A DNA stretch of 64,000 nt. Origin: Catajapyx aquilonaris. Its lineage: Eukaryota. The notes under the pieces are model-generated. The model saw nothing but the letters and a program-made list of their open reading frames with translations, searched no databases and was not told the DNA's origin. The number at the start of each line of letters is the position of its first letter. The stretch's first letter is position 1. Below, piece by piece: positions 26,601 to 41,900 of the stretch. Made by a program: the position numbers and the translations under genes. The stretch spans positions 1 to 64,000 of the forward strand of contig KZ538126.1 of the NCBI GenBank assembly GCA_000934665.2. Reading direction: 5' to 3'.

Positions 26601-29600
26601 CTCAACTCCTTTTTTTTAATCTCCCCATTTTCGCTAGGGTGTTCTCCTGACCGGTCTCTTATCACCGGGGACGAGCAGCATAAATGTTAAATGAAAGCTT
26701 CCTGACGACAGCTACTTCTTGCCAGGCTGTTTCATCAAGTCAGTCAATTGTCACTTATCACAACACCTTGACATTGACTAAACAACATTGCTCCTTCTCA
26801 TGAGCTCTGGATCTGGACAATTGGCCAAACTCAGCATTATGACGTACGTCACGTAATGACCTATAAAATTTTATAGGTGTTCTCCTGTACCATTCTTACA
26901 CACTGATGTGCTCCAATGGCAAAACAAGTCGCGCCGTTATTTGCGGAGCAAGCCTTCTAACTTTGCAAACTGACGTTTAAAAATGGTACAGTTGACATAT
27001 TTAAAAAAAGCCAGAATGACAAGGAGAATCTGAAAAAGAGTTCAGACGCATAACGTGTTGATGGAATCTTCAAGTGGTGCCTGATTAGCTGTCAGTCTTT
27101 GTACGCGACTTGCTTGTAGCCAGCTGACAGGATACGAACGCCAGTTGCAGAAACCATGTTACAGCCAGAATATACAGGGTGAGGCACCAATAGCACCAAT
27201 CACTGGTTTCTGGAGCAAACAGTCACTAACCTCTCCTCAGTGGACATGGGCAGCTTACCACCCTGTCCATCCCCTAGAGCCTCGATCAACCTCAATGTTT
27301 TTGCACAACTTGATACAGAAAGCTGTTCAGTATACAGACGTCCTTCATGCTCCCTGTCACGGCCATGGTGTGGCCGCAAAAAAAGGCTACAAGTTGCCTC
27401 TCATTCATTGTGGAACCTCTGATACACGAAAATTGTCTGAGCACCACCCAGCCCCAACCTTGGCCACTGTAAGCCATCTAAGGACCCCAGTAAGTTTTCG
27501 AGGGACGCAGACTGTCTGGAAGGTTGCACCCCTCAAAATATAGGTTTTTCACGCGGAGATGCTCCACATGGAAACAATCGGCTGGTACCAAACATCCAAA
27601 ATGTCTCGTCTCCGCGCCGCCACCAGCTTTGGAGGAACCATCTGTTTCCAGCATATACTTTTCCGTCAACTTCAAGTTGTCCCGAGCCTAACAGCCGTCG
27701 TCGTCTCCTGAGAGTCACCAAATCTTGGAAGGATATTGTGTATGCCTTCCCTCCCTGCCCCTTTCAGACATCTCTTCGCCACCACCCTTTTAATATTATC
27801 GACTAGGCAAATAAAGTCAGCTTAAACCTTACCTATAGTTAGAAAAATAACAAAGTATTGCTGAGGCCATCACAACATTACATTTACATCAACTTTGGTG
27901 ACAACAAAATTAACCAGTCAATGAAATGTTAGGCTGAATTCAAAGTTGCTGACACGTAACTTAAGCTATTTCTCGAGCAGTACAGACAGTAATGACATTA
28001 TTAGCAGCTACACCAGCATGTTATCTTAATTTACTTGATATGTACGGTGCTAAGAAGCCACACCCTGTTGCCCAAGCTGATATAAGTGTACTGGTTTTTA
28101 TCCGACGTTGAATGAAAATCAGATATGAAGGTTGCCTATATCTGGTTTGGAATCATCCTTATTTTGTGTTGACATTGATGTCAGAAGATCGGTTGTTTGT
28201 TGTTGTTCTAGGCGTTACTGTATTGACGTGTATGACTACATAAATCACCTGCAAAAATTTTCGCTAATCTGATTTGCGGTTGGTTGGTTGCCAATCCACT
28301 CGTGAGAAGTAACTCCCTGGGGATTTATTTGCGCGGATAGGCAGAGAAGGATAGCACCCGCCTTCACAACAAGTAGCCCGTATTTCATCCATAAGGATGT
28401 GTTACGACGAGCCTTGAATGCTGGCTTGTGAGACGTCTTTTGCCCCTGCAAAAATCGCGAAATTCCTTTTGTTTTTACTGTACTCTTTTGCTCTCTCGGA
28501 CTTGGAAACAACCCAAACAAGACAGACGGCTTTCATTCAAGTTCATGAAAAGCAAACATGTAATGACTAACCAACAGACAGTTTATGAATACCTTGGTTA
28601 CGTAATTTTCAAATTAACCACTCCCATCTACGCCAAGTATGCAACCAGGTATAATTTTTTTGTACCAAAATTGTGGTTTTTACTTGGCTCGACTGACCTA
28701 GATTCCCACCTTTTACGGGTTCATCGCGCCTCGAGTGCGTACATTCATGGTAATTACATAGGTTTTCAACCCCGAGCATGCTTCTTTGTGGACCAAAGTA
28801 GTAATTTCTGAAAATACCCCCATAAGCATGTGTATAGACTAGACACTATAGAGTATAAAAAGCTCCCTAATTTTAATATCTAACGGCACAGAATCAGTTA
28901 TCATAAACACGCAGAACTGCAGAACAATTGTACCGTCATTTAATATCAAACATGATGCAAAATGTGTTACGATCTATTTTTGAAACAATCTAAAAAAACG
29001 TGTAGCTCAGATATAGTATTTTAATTCCTATTAAATATATATTGCAACCTACATTATTTTGATCGATAGCACTGTGTTCCCGTTCAGAGAATCTTTTTAA
29101 ATAAATCATTTTTCTTTCAACCCTTTCCAATTGCTGATAGACTTGCCTTCGAAAGTAATTAATGACATAACTAATCAACAACCAGTACGGCTTGAAACTG
29201 AAATATGAGCTCCCTTCATTATGCAATACACGAGAGCAGCACGTATTATGATGCTGCCTCACATTTACATGCAAATGACTCGAGGCTGTTCTGGACCCGG
29301 GATGAGATAGGTGTAGAGTTTTGGTGATAGATGAAGGTGCGACGTTGGAGACTGGGCGGGATTGAGTTGTTGCAAGTTCTGATCGACGTCCCGCGGGTTC
29401 TGGAACCGACCCGCCCTTCCAAAAATAAAAGTAAAAAAGAGAGATAGGGACCCAACCTACGCGCCACGCACACTGCACCGGAGACGCTTAGATCTACTTT
29501 TCTTCAGATATTTTTTGTGCCGCTCGTCTTCTTGTAGTAGGCTACTACGCATTCTGAATGAGCAGGATCGGAGTCATATTCTGGTCGAAATTGAACTAAG

Positions 29601-32600
29601 GGATTGTTTCATCAGATTAATGGATCACAAAAGGCCAAAACACTGATGCAACTTCAAATCCTCATGTCTCAAAATTATTTCTATTAAACTGACCGTTCTG
29701 CAATATATTTCAAGTCTTCACATACAAACGATAGATACGTAAACTGTATAAGATCAACATGCAAGAAGAAAAAAAAACTTTTTATCGACACATGATATGC
29801 CCACAAGACCACACCCTATATAACCCTAGTCGCATCAAGTGCGCTGAAGCGTAGTGAAATCAGATACTCCAAGGATTGTAATCGGTTGTGTTGACATATA
29901 CGAGTATAAATCATTTACTGGCGATAATCTGATTGTGATATGTACCTCTCCAAACTAACCTTGGGGCAAAAAAAAAAAATCCGTACACAATTTTATTTAC
30001 ACGTTATTTCCTATCGACACGACTTAGCCCCATAATTTATCTAATAAGCTATTAGTCATTGAAATTGCACGATGTGATATGTGAAAATAACACATGTCCC
30101 TCCAATTCGTAATATAAATTTTCTTCATTATTACATCGTATTATAGGAATAATCATATTGTCGCCACGGCGTGAACCAACATTGTTTCACGCCATTTCGC
30201 TGTTGACAGGTGTTTAAATTCCAGAAGATCCCGCGTACAGTAGTCGTGTTGCCATACTGATGGAGAGGCAACACCCCGATTTAAAAGAGTCACATTACCC
30301 GCACTAATGGCATCGTTTGAATGCCACTTGAGTCCCAATTTGTTTTCTGGCCAGTCGATGACAGCCGCGTTCATTATTGCAAATGGCATCGGCGTGCAGT
30401 CCTCATTATTGCAACCACACCGATTTCTCGTTTGGCCCATCGACGGATACTAATCGCTCCTTTCGTCACACACGATGGGAACACGTGAGCCTTGAATTAA
30501 TTGGCGGAGCCCGAAGAAGCAACTCGATAATTAGCCTAGCACCTGAGAAGAGATTCACGACAGGTTTGCCCTCCCACCACTCATTAGTCATAATTTTTGC
30601 GGGACCCTGTACTTTACAGGCCTTGAAACCGAGCAGAAAACATATTCCCTCAGATCTAAAATTTGCATCGACCCGCCCACACATTTTAATTTTTTCCCCC
30701 TAGCTGTTGTTTGTGTTTTCTGCGTTTCCAAACCATGTGTCTTTTTCACTCTGGAAAAAAGTGAAAATTGCGCCCTGGCAAGGTCGCCTTATTCCGAGCC
30801 GCGTTGGGTCGTAATCGAGCGGATCCACGTCTCTCAACGCACGTCCCAACATGCGGAACTCAAGCGTGTAATTACAGGTGATTAAGAAAAGTGGGCGACG
30901 TTAATGATGACGAGGCAGAAGCAGCAACGAGGCGGAAATGGGCGAAAAGGAATGTGCGCTGAAATCAAAGTCCGGCACGTAATGTCCGGCCTAACGTGTT
31001 AACTTTGCACTCGACGGACTCACGGCCACTGTGGGGTTGTACCTGATGACATTCACGGTTTTTCTTGCCGATTTATTGGCTGACCCTGCTCCAAAGGCCC
31101 CAAGGGGTTGTTACGTGATTAGCATTAACCACCAGCACTAATTACTGCCAAAAAGAAATGTAGTTTCACCTTATAGTACCTTGGTGCTACTTTTGTAAGA
31201 GAAACTTGTAAATTGTGTAGAAACCCATTTTTGGTCCGATTGTTCGGACCTAAATTTTTCTCCGAGAATTTTACACCAGTAGTCGACCACCAGAGGCGCT
31301 GCCTCCCCATTGCGCATGTGCAGAGCTAGAGCCAATCGGAAGTCTCGGCCACGCAGCGGAATATTTTAATATTATGCATATACGACGTAAGTTATAGACA
31401 CACAAAAATCAATATTGATAACATATATCCATACACAGGTTTTCGCGAAGTTTCTCGGTGACTGTATACCGACGATACAGTGTACAGATTTGCAGCATAT
31501 CAGTTCAGGTTCATAAACTCAACCAGAAAGTCGTCTGTCTGCACAATTTGGACCTGTAATGGAGAGACCGTTTATGGATTCTGCCATCGCAAAACGAGGT
31601 CCATTTCAGTCGAGTCACACAGATGGCCCGGAAACTTTCAAGACATAAAGCGAACCGGAATGGCCAAAAAGAAACGGAGAAGAAATTGACTGCACCGCGA
31701 CGACACTCCAAACTTTTTTTTAAAGGTTTGACAGACATAAAGGACGCAAAAAAATATAGTTTCCGCAACTCAGCACAACTTTTCACAGGGTTGCATATAC
31801 GTCAGGATGCTCGGTTTTATGGCCCGTTTGTACTTTTCGTGGCTAGACGTCTAATTGAGACAATTGGGGTCAAAAAGTGTAGGTCTTGAAGACAAGTCTA
31901 CCTCCTCAAACACCAGGCAGGACCACCCTGAAGGCGATGCAGTCCAAGCACTATTTTTTTTCTACGCTGGCTCTCACTCTTAAAAGATGTCTATCTAGCA
32001 AGATGTATGCCAGCTGAACAAAACGTGTCACACAGTCATCCCGATTGACACTAACTTGATGCCCCCCATTTTAAAATATTTTATAAGCCCCCCAAAAAAC
32101 TTCAAATTGACTGTTCAACATTTCATTTTTGTAGGAGCAATGTTCTTGTTTATTACTGGGCGGAGTCTCACAATCCTCACATTCCAGACTTCGACAAGAA
32201 AAGTGTTTTGTTAGAATTGGAGGCCCCCGTCTTTTATTTTTTTGGGGGGTGTCTTGAGGGGTTAGGTATGTTTGAGGATGGGTTCGGAAATAGGCCCTAA
32301 AAGTTTTCCGGCGTTTAACAAGAACTTTTTAGACATCTTAGCCCCGATCGGGTCATCGCCTGGGCTCAAGGCTTAGTCTCTTGCAAACAGACCGGAATTG
32401 AGGAAAACTTCTCTCTTTTTTTATTTTTTTGCTCCCCTTGTTGTTGTTTTTCTAACTGAAACTGATACCGGAATTCATAGAGGTCGCATTTTCCAAAGCA
32501 CTGCAACTACCATGTATATATATGCAGAGCCCCGTTATTCATTCACAAACGGACCCGGAATGAATCAAAGATACCCACACAGGGCAACTTACTCCTCCAA

Positions 32601-32865
32601 GGCCGACCAGATGAATCGAACGCTGATGTCTTGTAAACACAACCACGCGCGAATAATGCTATTTAAGAAACCACGCCGGCAACGAAGTGCAATAACTCAC
32701 GGCTTTCAATTAACTAATTACCGAATGGGAAAAGTCTAATCGGGGCTGCCTATCACTGGGCGTGGTTCTCTAACACCTGCCCCTATTGTTTGGAGATAAT
32801 GAGACCGCTAACTGCTCTCTGATGTATTTCTTTTGTGAGCCCGCCTCCCTCCTCACTCATGCTCC

Positions 32866-32920
<55 letters not shown>

Positions 32921-35900
32921 CTGCTGTTGGCTGATCTTACCAACTGTTACTTTTATCAGGATGTTGCATTACGGGGAATTAACAGCTGGGGTAATTAATG
33001 CGAGAAAAGGTCATTTGGGTGGTCATTATCAGGGCTGTGTCGTGCTTCTGGAGACATAGAGAAATGGGCAGTTGCAGGCGGAAGTTGCGACACAGCAGGA
33101 AGTCTAATATTCGTATCGTGTTACAAAACCTGTTATACCCCCACACTCTTTGCAAGTTTGTCAGACTGATACTTGCTGGCTAACGTTACTTTGGATTCTC
33201 TGGATGCAGGTGGCGCCCGCGGATTTATGTCGCACTTGAATATGCTATCAATCAGCGCACAGATGGGCATCTTGGACGATGGGGGTTTCACCTGTTATGT
33301 TTAATTACTGCTCCGATCTGATTAGGTGATTGAGGCTTACTGCCCCTTAGGATGGCCAACTAAATATATGTGTCCGAGTTTAGTTGTAACATTGCGAGCG
33401 AATAAGATTTATATCTTTCTAGACAACACAGGTTCGCGTCATGTTTAATTACTACCGGAACTTAAGAGAGTGATTTAAAGCTGGTTTGAAGCGAGAAAAT
33501 CAGATAGTGCACCGGTATTATGGGGCAATTTTCTAAGCATGATTTGAATGCATATCCAACACATTCCATTTTAATGACGGAACTAATCAAACACTTATAG
33601 ATCGTATCATGCCTGAATGAACCAAGTGCAAAATTTTGCTCCAATTTAAAATGTGTTTCGACCCCGAGCGCAGTCAATGAATGGCTTAGTCACAATTTCA
33701 AAACGCTTGGTTTTATTGTCAGATACTGCAATGACCACAGCCATTATCATTTGACCTCAAAGCCTGCGAAGGTTCAGACGCCTGATATTTCGGGCTTCTC
33801 TTTCTGGAGGCACATGCTTCATGCAGTACACAATATACGCAATGTGCCATTCAAGTTATACAATGTTTCAGCCGCAGGAAAACTTGGCAAAAAAACTCTT
33901 TCAGCCCGCGGAGCATGCATCTTCACACCACATTACATCTGGTTTTGTGCACATCTGACCTCGGGATTTGATTAGTGCGATCAAGCTTGGAACTTTACCC
34001 AAGTTCGGGGAAAGTAGGAGGTAATGAACTACCCAATGCGCCCAGTTGGACAGCCTCCAAGACCTTCAACCCGCATTCCTCTCGACTTCAATGTTAACAG
34101 GATTGGCCACTATAAGAAAAATCCAGTGCAGTTGGCCTTTCGCCATTTATTAGGCATCCTTTGCTGCTTTCTTGCCCTGCCCGAATTCCCCGGGAGACAA
34201 ATTATTTCGGCCCATTTGAGACAAACGACGGGAAGAAGACCTGGTTCCCAACGAATTATGTGCAAGGAAAATTTCGGCCATTGCCAAGTCACGTGGTTCC
34301 AAATTACCAACCCCAGTCATTTTGGGCGGGAACACAGTACGCTCGACTAGTTCAAATCAATTCTAACCCCTAAAAAAAGTTTTTTTCGTATCAAAAAATT
34401 GATTTATTCCAGTCCGTCGACGGCTGTCCAGATGCCCTCGGGAGACATAGAAAGATGGGCCGTCTAATACGCCAGGACAAGTGATTAGGCGGAGAAGCGC
34501 TTCCCATGAAAGAAATATGAGCACGCCCCTGATAAGAGAAACCAATTTTTTAAAGCTCCACCTGTTCCGCTATATTGGACCATAGACATGATGTGACTCC
34601 AGCTATTTCTTGGGGTTCAAATCGGAACCTTTGATAAACATGAGGACAAGAATAGTCGTGTTATGTAGGCACCCAATTTTTTTGCCTGTTTCCTTCTTCT
34701 ACTTTTGAAACTCCCAGGATCTATTGTTTCTCTGTGCCGTGTCACCTATTTATTATGGCTGTCAGTAGGATTTACTCCCCGTGTAGAGTGTGCCGAATGC
34801 TGTAAGCGCTCTCAGTATGGGTCGAGAGGAGAAGGAGCGTTTGAAAATTTCTTTCCACAAATTTTCTGTTTCACGCCCTCATAATTCAAAGAGGATGGAG
34901 GAGGTTGTCAACAAGGCCGAAGCCTCGACCTTTTCTCGGTCTTTCTTTGGATTGGTTCGACCTAAAATACACAGAACGTGACTTAAACTATTTGTAAGAG
35001 CCTAGGAACCGGACGGTCGGCAAGCTTTTAGTATCATAGAACTTGGGGAAAATTCCACTCGATCATGTGGCAAGTCTTGGGAATCCTGGATCTCTCCATA
35101 CACCTACTCAAATAAAGGGAAGTAACCACTTTATCTTGAATAATTCAGTGTCACCACATACTGCGCCATCAAAAATTTAAGTCGGCATTAATTTTTGTCA
35201 TAAAATATATTTCTCAAACATATACGTATATTGTCACAAAATAAAAATAACTTACACCAAAATGTAGCGTCTCGCATCCAGATCCTTTGCGACCTAACTG
35301 ACTCCACATTTCCAATAAACCAAAGTGTCCATTAAGGGATTATAGCGGAAAACAGGGCCATAAATGTCTAAGGTCATTGAAAAAATAATCTATGCTCTTA
35401 TACTGTAGACTGAAGAGAGCCACATTAATGAATAAGTCAATAAATAATTTTTAATGGACTGACACGACCGTCGTAAAAGTTGTCCTAGAGACACTGTTAG
35501 AATCTTTTAACGTCTGATAAAATTTAATTTTTTCTCCTTCTTATATTCAGTTGTCATGTATAACCTAGAGTGACTTGGACTCTTGTTTTAGAATCAAGGT
35601 ATTGGTAATTTATTCATACACTCTTAGAGCGTAGCATTAATTTTTTTCTTCCAAAAATAGGGGGTCCTGGACCCACCGCAGTGCTCGAATTATACATCAT
35701 AATTTTGAGATCTTCCTTCAGGCGATGGCTCTCTGCCTGCTCAACAAATCTGGCCTCCATGCAATAAAATATTTCTAATATCATCCCGTATACCCGACTC
35801 ATGGTTTAAAAAAATGAAGGAATTTGCATATTTTCCCACATACTTGAAACAAAATGCCGTTCACCTGTCAAAGGGCCTGCTACAAGTGTTTTCACTCCGG

Positions 35901-38900
35901 TTTTTACCCGCAAAAATTCGACGGTTTGAGCATACGTCCATCTAAACAACTAAAATTGCGAAGGATACGTCCAATTTTTTGATTGCTAAATAATCAGTTT
36001 ACTTGCTCGATCCATATCTCATATCAGGTCTGCTCCCGGCGACAGTGTAATTTGCCACTTTTAACTGTCAGCTGATTTGAAAATAATAATGTGTAACGGA
36101 ACACATACCACGAACCACGTTTTTTTTATTCGCAGCTCGGTTCTTTTCGGTTGCCTTAACAAACATATTGGGTGCATCGAAAAATCCTCCGGCAGCCTCC
36201 ACGTGTGTGAATGGCACGTAATTAGATGAGTGGCAACCCCTTTGGAAAAGGCAATTTGTGTCTGCTATTTCTCCGGACATCTTTCCACCACCCCATTCTT
36301 TTCGATGCTGACGGATGGCTGCAGGGTGTGGTAAAAAATTTGTACCAAAAAAAAATTCGGAGCTCCATTGGTGAAACTCTGCCAGTTGGCATATGACCTT
36401 GCCGCCTCTTTTTTACTTCCTTGAAAGCCCGCAGGAAACATTTTTGGCCTTTGTTTTTTTCCCTCCATGTGTGTTCGTCTTGAGTACAAACACCCTGCTA
36501 TTAATTTCCTGGTTGAGGAGAAAGAATCGAGAACCTCTGAACTCAGGGGACAAAAAGATCCAGTTACAATTTTTGAGCCTTTAAAGACAACATCGGCCGT
36601 TTGTCTCCGTCTCCCATGTGTCGTTCCTGCGCGACGGAATGGTCTCTTTTCCTGTGTCTGAAGGAGCAATTTGAAAGCGACACGAGTCGATTTTTTTTCC
36701 ACTTGAAAAGAATATCTGAATAGTAATCCGCTCGTAAAAGAGAGATCATTAGAGGCTGGAATTGGAATGAAGACGTAAGTCATTGTCCACTGGTCGATTG
36801 AATCTGTAATACCGACCGACTCAATTCTGGCTCCGTACCAGCCGGCACAAATGGTGGACATAAAATTGCGTAACGAGGGGAGTATTTCTCATATATTTAC
36901 GATATTCTTGCACGTGGGCGCCAAATATTTCGGGCACTATCACGTAACTCTAAAGTCATTCTGTGAAATAGACACGAATATTCACTTGGAAGAGCTGTGG
37001 CCATTTCCAGATGAAATTTTAGTGAAAATCGGCCATATGTTCTTGTGTTAAAAAGAAGAAGAAAAAACTCAGCCCAAAATCAGAGTGAAGGCTACAAGTC
37101 AGCACGATTAAACTCTGCTTTCATGGCGAGAGGTTATGTCATGTTGCATGTTCCTCCAGCTTGACTGGCATTATCTGCAAACTGTCAGAAAATCCCGTCA
37201 AAAAATTACAACCTTTCCCCGGATATTACCGCATCCATAGAGCTTCGAGCTCCACCGTGTGGGAAGCGGGAACAATAAAATAAAAATAAAAAAAAGCTGG
37301 GAACAAGATAGTGAATCTGCACTTACAACCCACTCCTTCACGGTCAAGGACAAGTTAATTTTACACTACTAGTAAATTGGCTCGCGGAAGAAAGAAGAAG
37401 AGCTCTCTTTCTCTCTAGTTCAGTGCAAGACATGGCACGCGTCCTGTATAAATGTGCGGGCGGATTGGAACCAAAATGAACTAGAAAAAAGATAATATTA
37501 GAAGTAGCAGGTCCGCCTGGGTGGTTGGGTGATTCTGTTCTCAAATGTGGCGCGGAAGAGTCTTCTACCCAGTGAGTGCAAAGGGTGAAAGCAAACAGGA
37601 AGATCTTCAGGGTCAATAGCCCCCGAGGCAAGCCGAAGACAGCCTTGTGTTTGGAGGGACTTCTGAGCAAATAGAGAGAGAAACTTCTTGTGAGATCAGT
37701 TATGGTTCCCTCCTAAAGAGTGTGAAGCACTTGCAACATTTTGTGGCCGAGCCAGAAGGCAACAAGAGAGCAAACATAAATAATGTTACAGAAGAGAGTA
37801 TGGCGTCATAGGTTCCAAAATACATAATTTATATGAAAACGAATGAATAGTTCATCCTCCCACCCACCAGAGGCGCTGTATCCCCGCAATGCGCAGGCGC
37901 AGGCGGAAAGGTCGCGCAAACAATATGACGCGGGCCAATCAGAAGCCTCGGTCATATATAACGAATGATTTTAATATTATAGATGCAATTTGAGTGTGAT
38001 TCCCTCGAGCTACTTACCTTGCAACCACAGCCTAATGCCCTACATGGTACCGTACACCATAATGAAGCGTGTAATTGGAACTCATTGCATTAATGTAAAA
38101 ACGTGATTTGCACTTTAGGACCGACCTTGTTGCCAGCAACCAGAGGTGTCGATTATACTTTCGATATCGCAACGGCTAATAGCGTAAATAATTCGATTAT
38201 CACTCATATAACCTTTGAGGAAATCTGATACAGCCAATAGCCCCCCGGCGCCACTCACCTCCAGTGAAACGGGACAAATTAGAACTTTTCACTTCTCAGT
38301 GTTTGGCGTCAGGAGAATTTGACGCCCTTCCGTCAAATGTGTACGAGGCAGGTAGCCAAAGCAAAGTGTCCTCCCAGCTTCGCATAAATCACTCACTGCT
38401 TCCTAGTTCCTATAGAAAGACAGTAGTGGGCGTCGAAAACAAGAGATAGAGAGACAACCGGGGGCAACGAGGATCCGGAAACGTAAATTTACTCCAAATA
38501 CAACACAAAAAAGTCAGCTACTGAACGGCATTACTTATGTGTCCTTTTGTTTCTGGGGCCGGGACTCGTAAATTTATGTGGTTTCCTGACACCAGCCGGA
38601 GAATGTGCCCCCCTCTTGTTTATTCTTAGCCAAAGAGCAACTCAGCATCTGGTGTATGATATTATTGTCGGCATCCGGAACAAATAGAATTGACGTTCAT
38701 TATGGTGATATTTTCCTCCGCGCTCTAGGGATTCCAAACGTGCTAGAAATGGCAAAAACATTTTTTTCGTGTAAAAACCCCGAGAGTTAACACCAAAAAA
38801 AGTCATATTTTGACATCCTGTCCAAACAGGTTTAGGTGCTAAAATGTTGGATTTCCCGCCCTTGAACTGGACATGAGGTCCGAACCCCGCCAGATTTTCA

Positions 38901-41900
38901 ATTCAGTTAGGTAAATCAGACTCGAAATTATGGATAGGAGGCTGCGATTTGTCCGCTGGAATGCCACACCTGGGGTTCTTCGACCCAACTCACGCACCAA
39001 AACCACAACTAACTAACGAGACGTGTAAGAACCGCATGATAAACTCTATTTGATGGAGAGAAAAATAGGGAAAGCCAACAACCCCCGCTATCCTTGAAGA
39101 GCCAGCAGAGAAGGGGGGGCCTTCCACGCCCAAAAAAGAGATGGGGGCAAAGGCCCGCCAGGATCCCCCAAAACCTATGAAGCGTGAAAGGTGATCGGTA
39201 CCATCCGAAGTTGAATGGATTGGAGATGGAGGAGAAAAAAAAAAGATGAATGGAATCCATCACTTGTCTGATTGACTGATCCGTTCGATCCATTTCAGAT
39301 AGTGAGACCGCGAGAGATATAAACGGGCCATATGTGTGACAGGTCCATATATTAGTTCTAAAAACGGAATTTAGATTACAATAGTCGTGCCCAATTTTTT
39401 TGCGTCCCTGCTATGTTTGATAAACTATCATGAACTAATATGTTGCTCCAAAATTATGGAGTATTGGCCTTGCTGTTTTTTTCAGCCACTAAAAGGGAGT
39501 TTATTGCATTGTTTACGTGAATCAGGAGTCGTAACTCACAACTACTTATTGAAATGGGTGAAATATCTGCTCCCTTTTTTTCATTCCTCAGAGATTATTT
39601 ACAAATTTTGCCTTTGTTTCCGTCACTTGAGGAATGGCACACTTAGGATTTACTTAATGCACCTGCTTCATTACTTAGAGTGCTGTCGAGACGAACACGG
39701 AAAACAAACAGTGCTTACATCTAACCACTTATTTTCATCGCTAACAAGCTTTCCCTGAGTGTTGTTTCCCAGTAACGAAGGGTCAAATCATTTTCCAGAA
39801 ATGACTTAATTTCCTCCCCCCTTTTCATGACCAACAGCAGGTGCATCGAGAAATCCTTTCCGAGAATGTACAAACAAACAAGATCAAAGTCCAACCCTTT
39901 GCAGACCCAACATTTATGACTCGTGCCTTTGTCAGCCACAAAACAAATTAAGAGACGGAAGTGAGCTCATGAACAGCCCTACCCTCTAAGAGTCTAAGAC
40001 AATCGGCTGTCATGCCTTGCACAGATCGAGATGAGAGGCATACCTATTGATCATCCAACTCACGTGTTGCAGCCAAGCTATACCTTTCCTCCCCATAAGG
40101 CATATGACTCATACTTTATTATCCGATTTTGCATGCTGAAGTACACTTAACAGGTGATGCGATCGACTATGTGCACCTGATAATCGAGTCCGGTATAAAC
40201 TGTTCTCCGAGGAGGTGGGTACGTGTCTGGATTGTCGATGCCACCATTTGACTTGCTCATAACCCATGCTGGCGACTGAGACATCCACTTGGGTCCTTTT
40301 CCTCCAAGCTGATGAAAAGGATGGGTGTAAAAAAGAGGGGCATGAAAGGACGTCAAGAAACCGGGGAATAGGGCGTAACGAAACTTGATAACAATCGTCG
40401 AAAGCTCGAGTTTAAAAAGAAAGGCCAATGAGGGTCGCATCACTGGGAAAAGGTTGGGGTGGGCTAAGGTTTACGAGGCACGCATCGGTTTCATTTACAT
40501 GTAGACGCATGTGTTTAGGTGGTCTTTGTTGGACATTTACATCCTGCTCCAGTATGAATTGACAACTAGTGAATATTTCATACATCACCTGTCTGGTTGT
40601 GTTAATATGTAGAGTTCCGCAGGCTTCTTTCAGATATAGACTGGAGAGAACCACTGGGCGGAGTCCAGAGTCTCCAGGAGATTGAAACCTTTCCTTTTTC
40701 CCAGATGAAGGATACGAGTCCCGCGGGCACGCCAACTAGTTTCCTTCCAAGACATCGCCCTAGGAAGATGCTCCTGTTTGTAATATTTATGGCCTCTGCA
40801 TGGAGATTTAAGAGGGTCCTTTTGCTTCACCCATCACACAGCCCAAAAAAAATGTCTCTTAACGTATGTCTGTCCCCTCATTTTTTCCCCTACAGATGGG
40901 ACACATTCGCACGTCAGAAGGAAGCTTTTTCATCGAGCCTGCTGGGGAGTGGAAAGGCCCTGGGGAATCCGTGCGACATGCCATCTACAGACTTCCGGAT
41001 AAAGTCTTGAAGACATCTGACAGACACTGTGATGTCCAAGGTATGCCAAAACAGCAAACAAACCCGTGCAGGTGGCCATCTTTGGGGAGGTCTCGTATAG
41101 CAAAAACTTCCGCCTGTGCATGACATAATCCCGAACCTCGCCTAAATGAAACCTTTTATTCCGTCAACACGTGCTCGGAATGTAATGGCCATCATTTCGT
41201 GTCTCTTTCTGCCCCGAAAAAAAAACGGTCCAGGGTGGTCAGAGGCTAAGGCAACCTCCACTTAGGGCCAAAGAGTTTTCCCTTAGACGAACACGAAGGT
41301 CGGATGACATCAGCCTTTGACGATGGCTCTCAATTACTTTGCTTGGTCGCAACCGAGCAAGATCGTCACCCTTAAAGTGCTCGACTCACTTAATTAGGAG
41401 TAACGTTTTTGCTATTAAAAACTCGTAGATATAACGTAATGTGACATCCAGCACTTACGTCTTGTTGTGTAAGAGTTACGGAGAGGAAATATATATACGG
41501 TTGACCTTCACGGACATGCGAGTTAGAGGAATTTTTCTTTATGTTTCGAGGCACATTTGTACTCTCTGCTATATGACGCATTCTTTATGTATACGGTCAC
41601 TTAACAAGCAGTAGTCGTTCAGTGGCCAAAGTTTATGTGGGGAGACTACACCTACACGAGTTCTTACATGGTAGGTCCATTTGCCTTCAAGCGGCACGGA
41701 AAACAACGATACCACCAAAAGCCTCGTAGGTTATTAGCCAGTTAATGTCTTTTTAAAACTGACACAAAAATCGCGCCGTTTTCCGGTTTCTCAACAGTCC
41801 CACAAAAACAACTAGAATAGGTTTTAAGGCCCGGTTTACACTGCCAAGAACCGGTATTTGCACTCCATTTACGGGCCATTTAAACATTTTGCCAAAAATA

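Noticed and set aside
27478..27675. Minus-strand peptide with an RNase H-like TDGS motif
   Set aside because: No other catalytic residues and no adjacent RT frame.
36265..36861. Longest intronic ORF (198 aa, minus strand)
   Set aside because: No domain motifs; composition looks non-coding with homopolymer-derived K/F runs.
40705..40863. In-frame 159-nt extra exon before exon 3
   Set aside because: Needs a 32-nt intron and would split the conserved SLCHGM-MGHIR prodomain motif.
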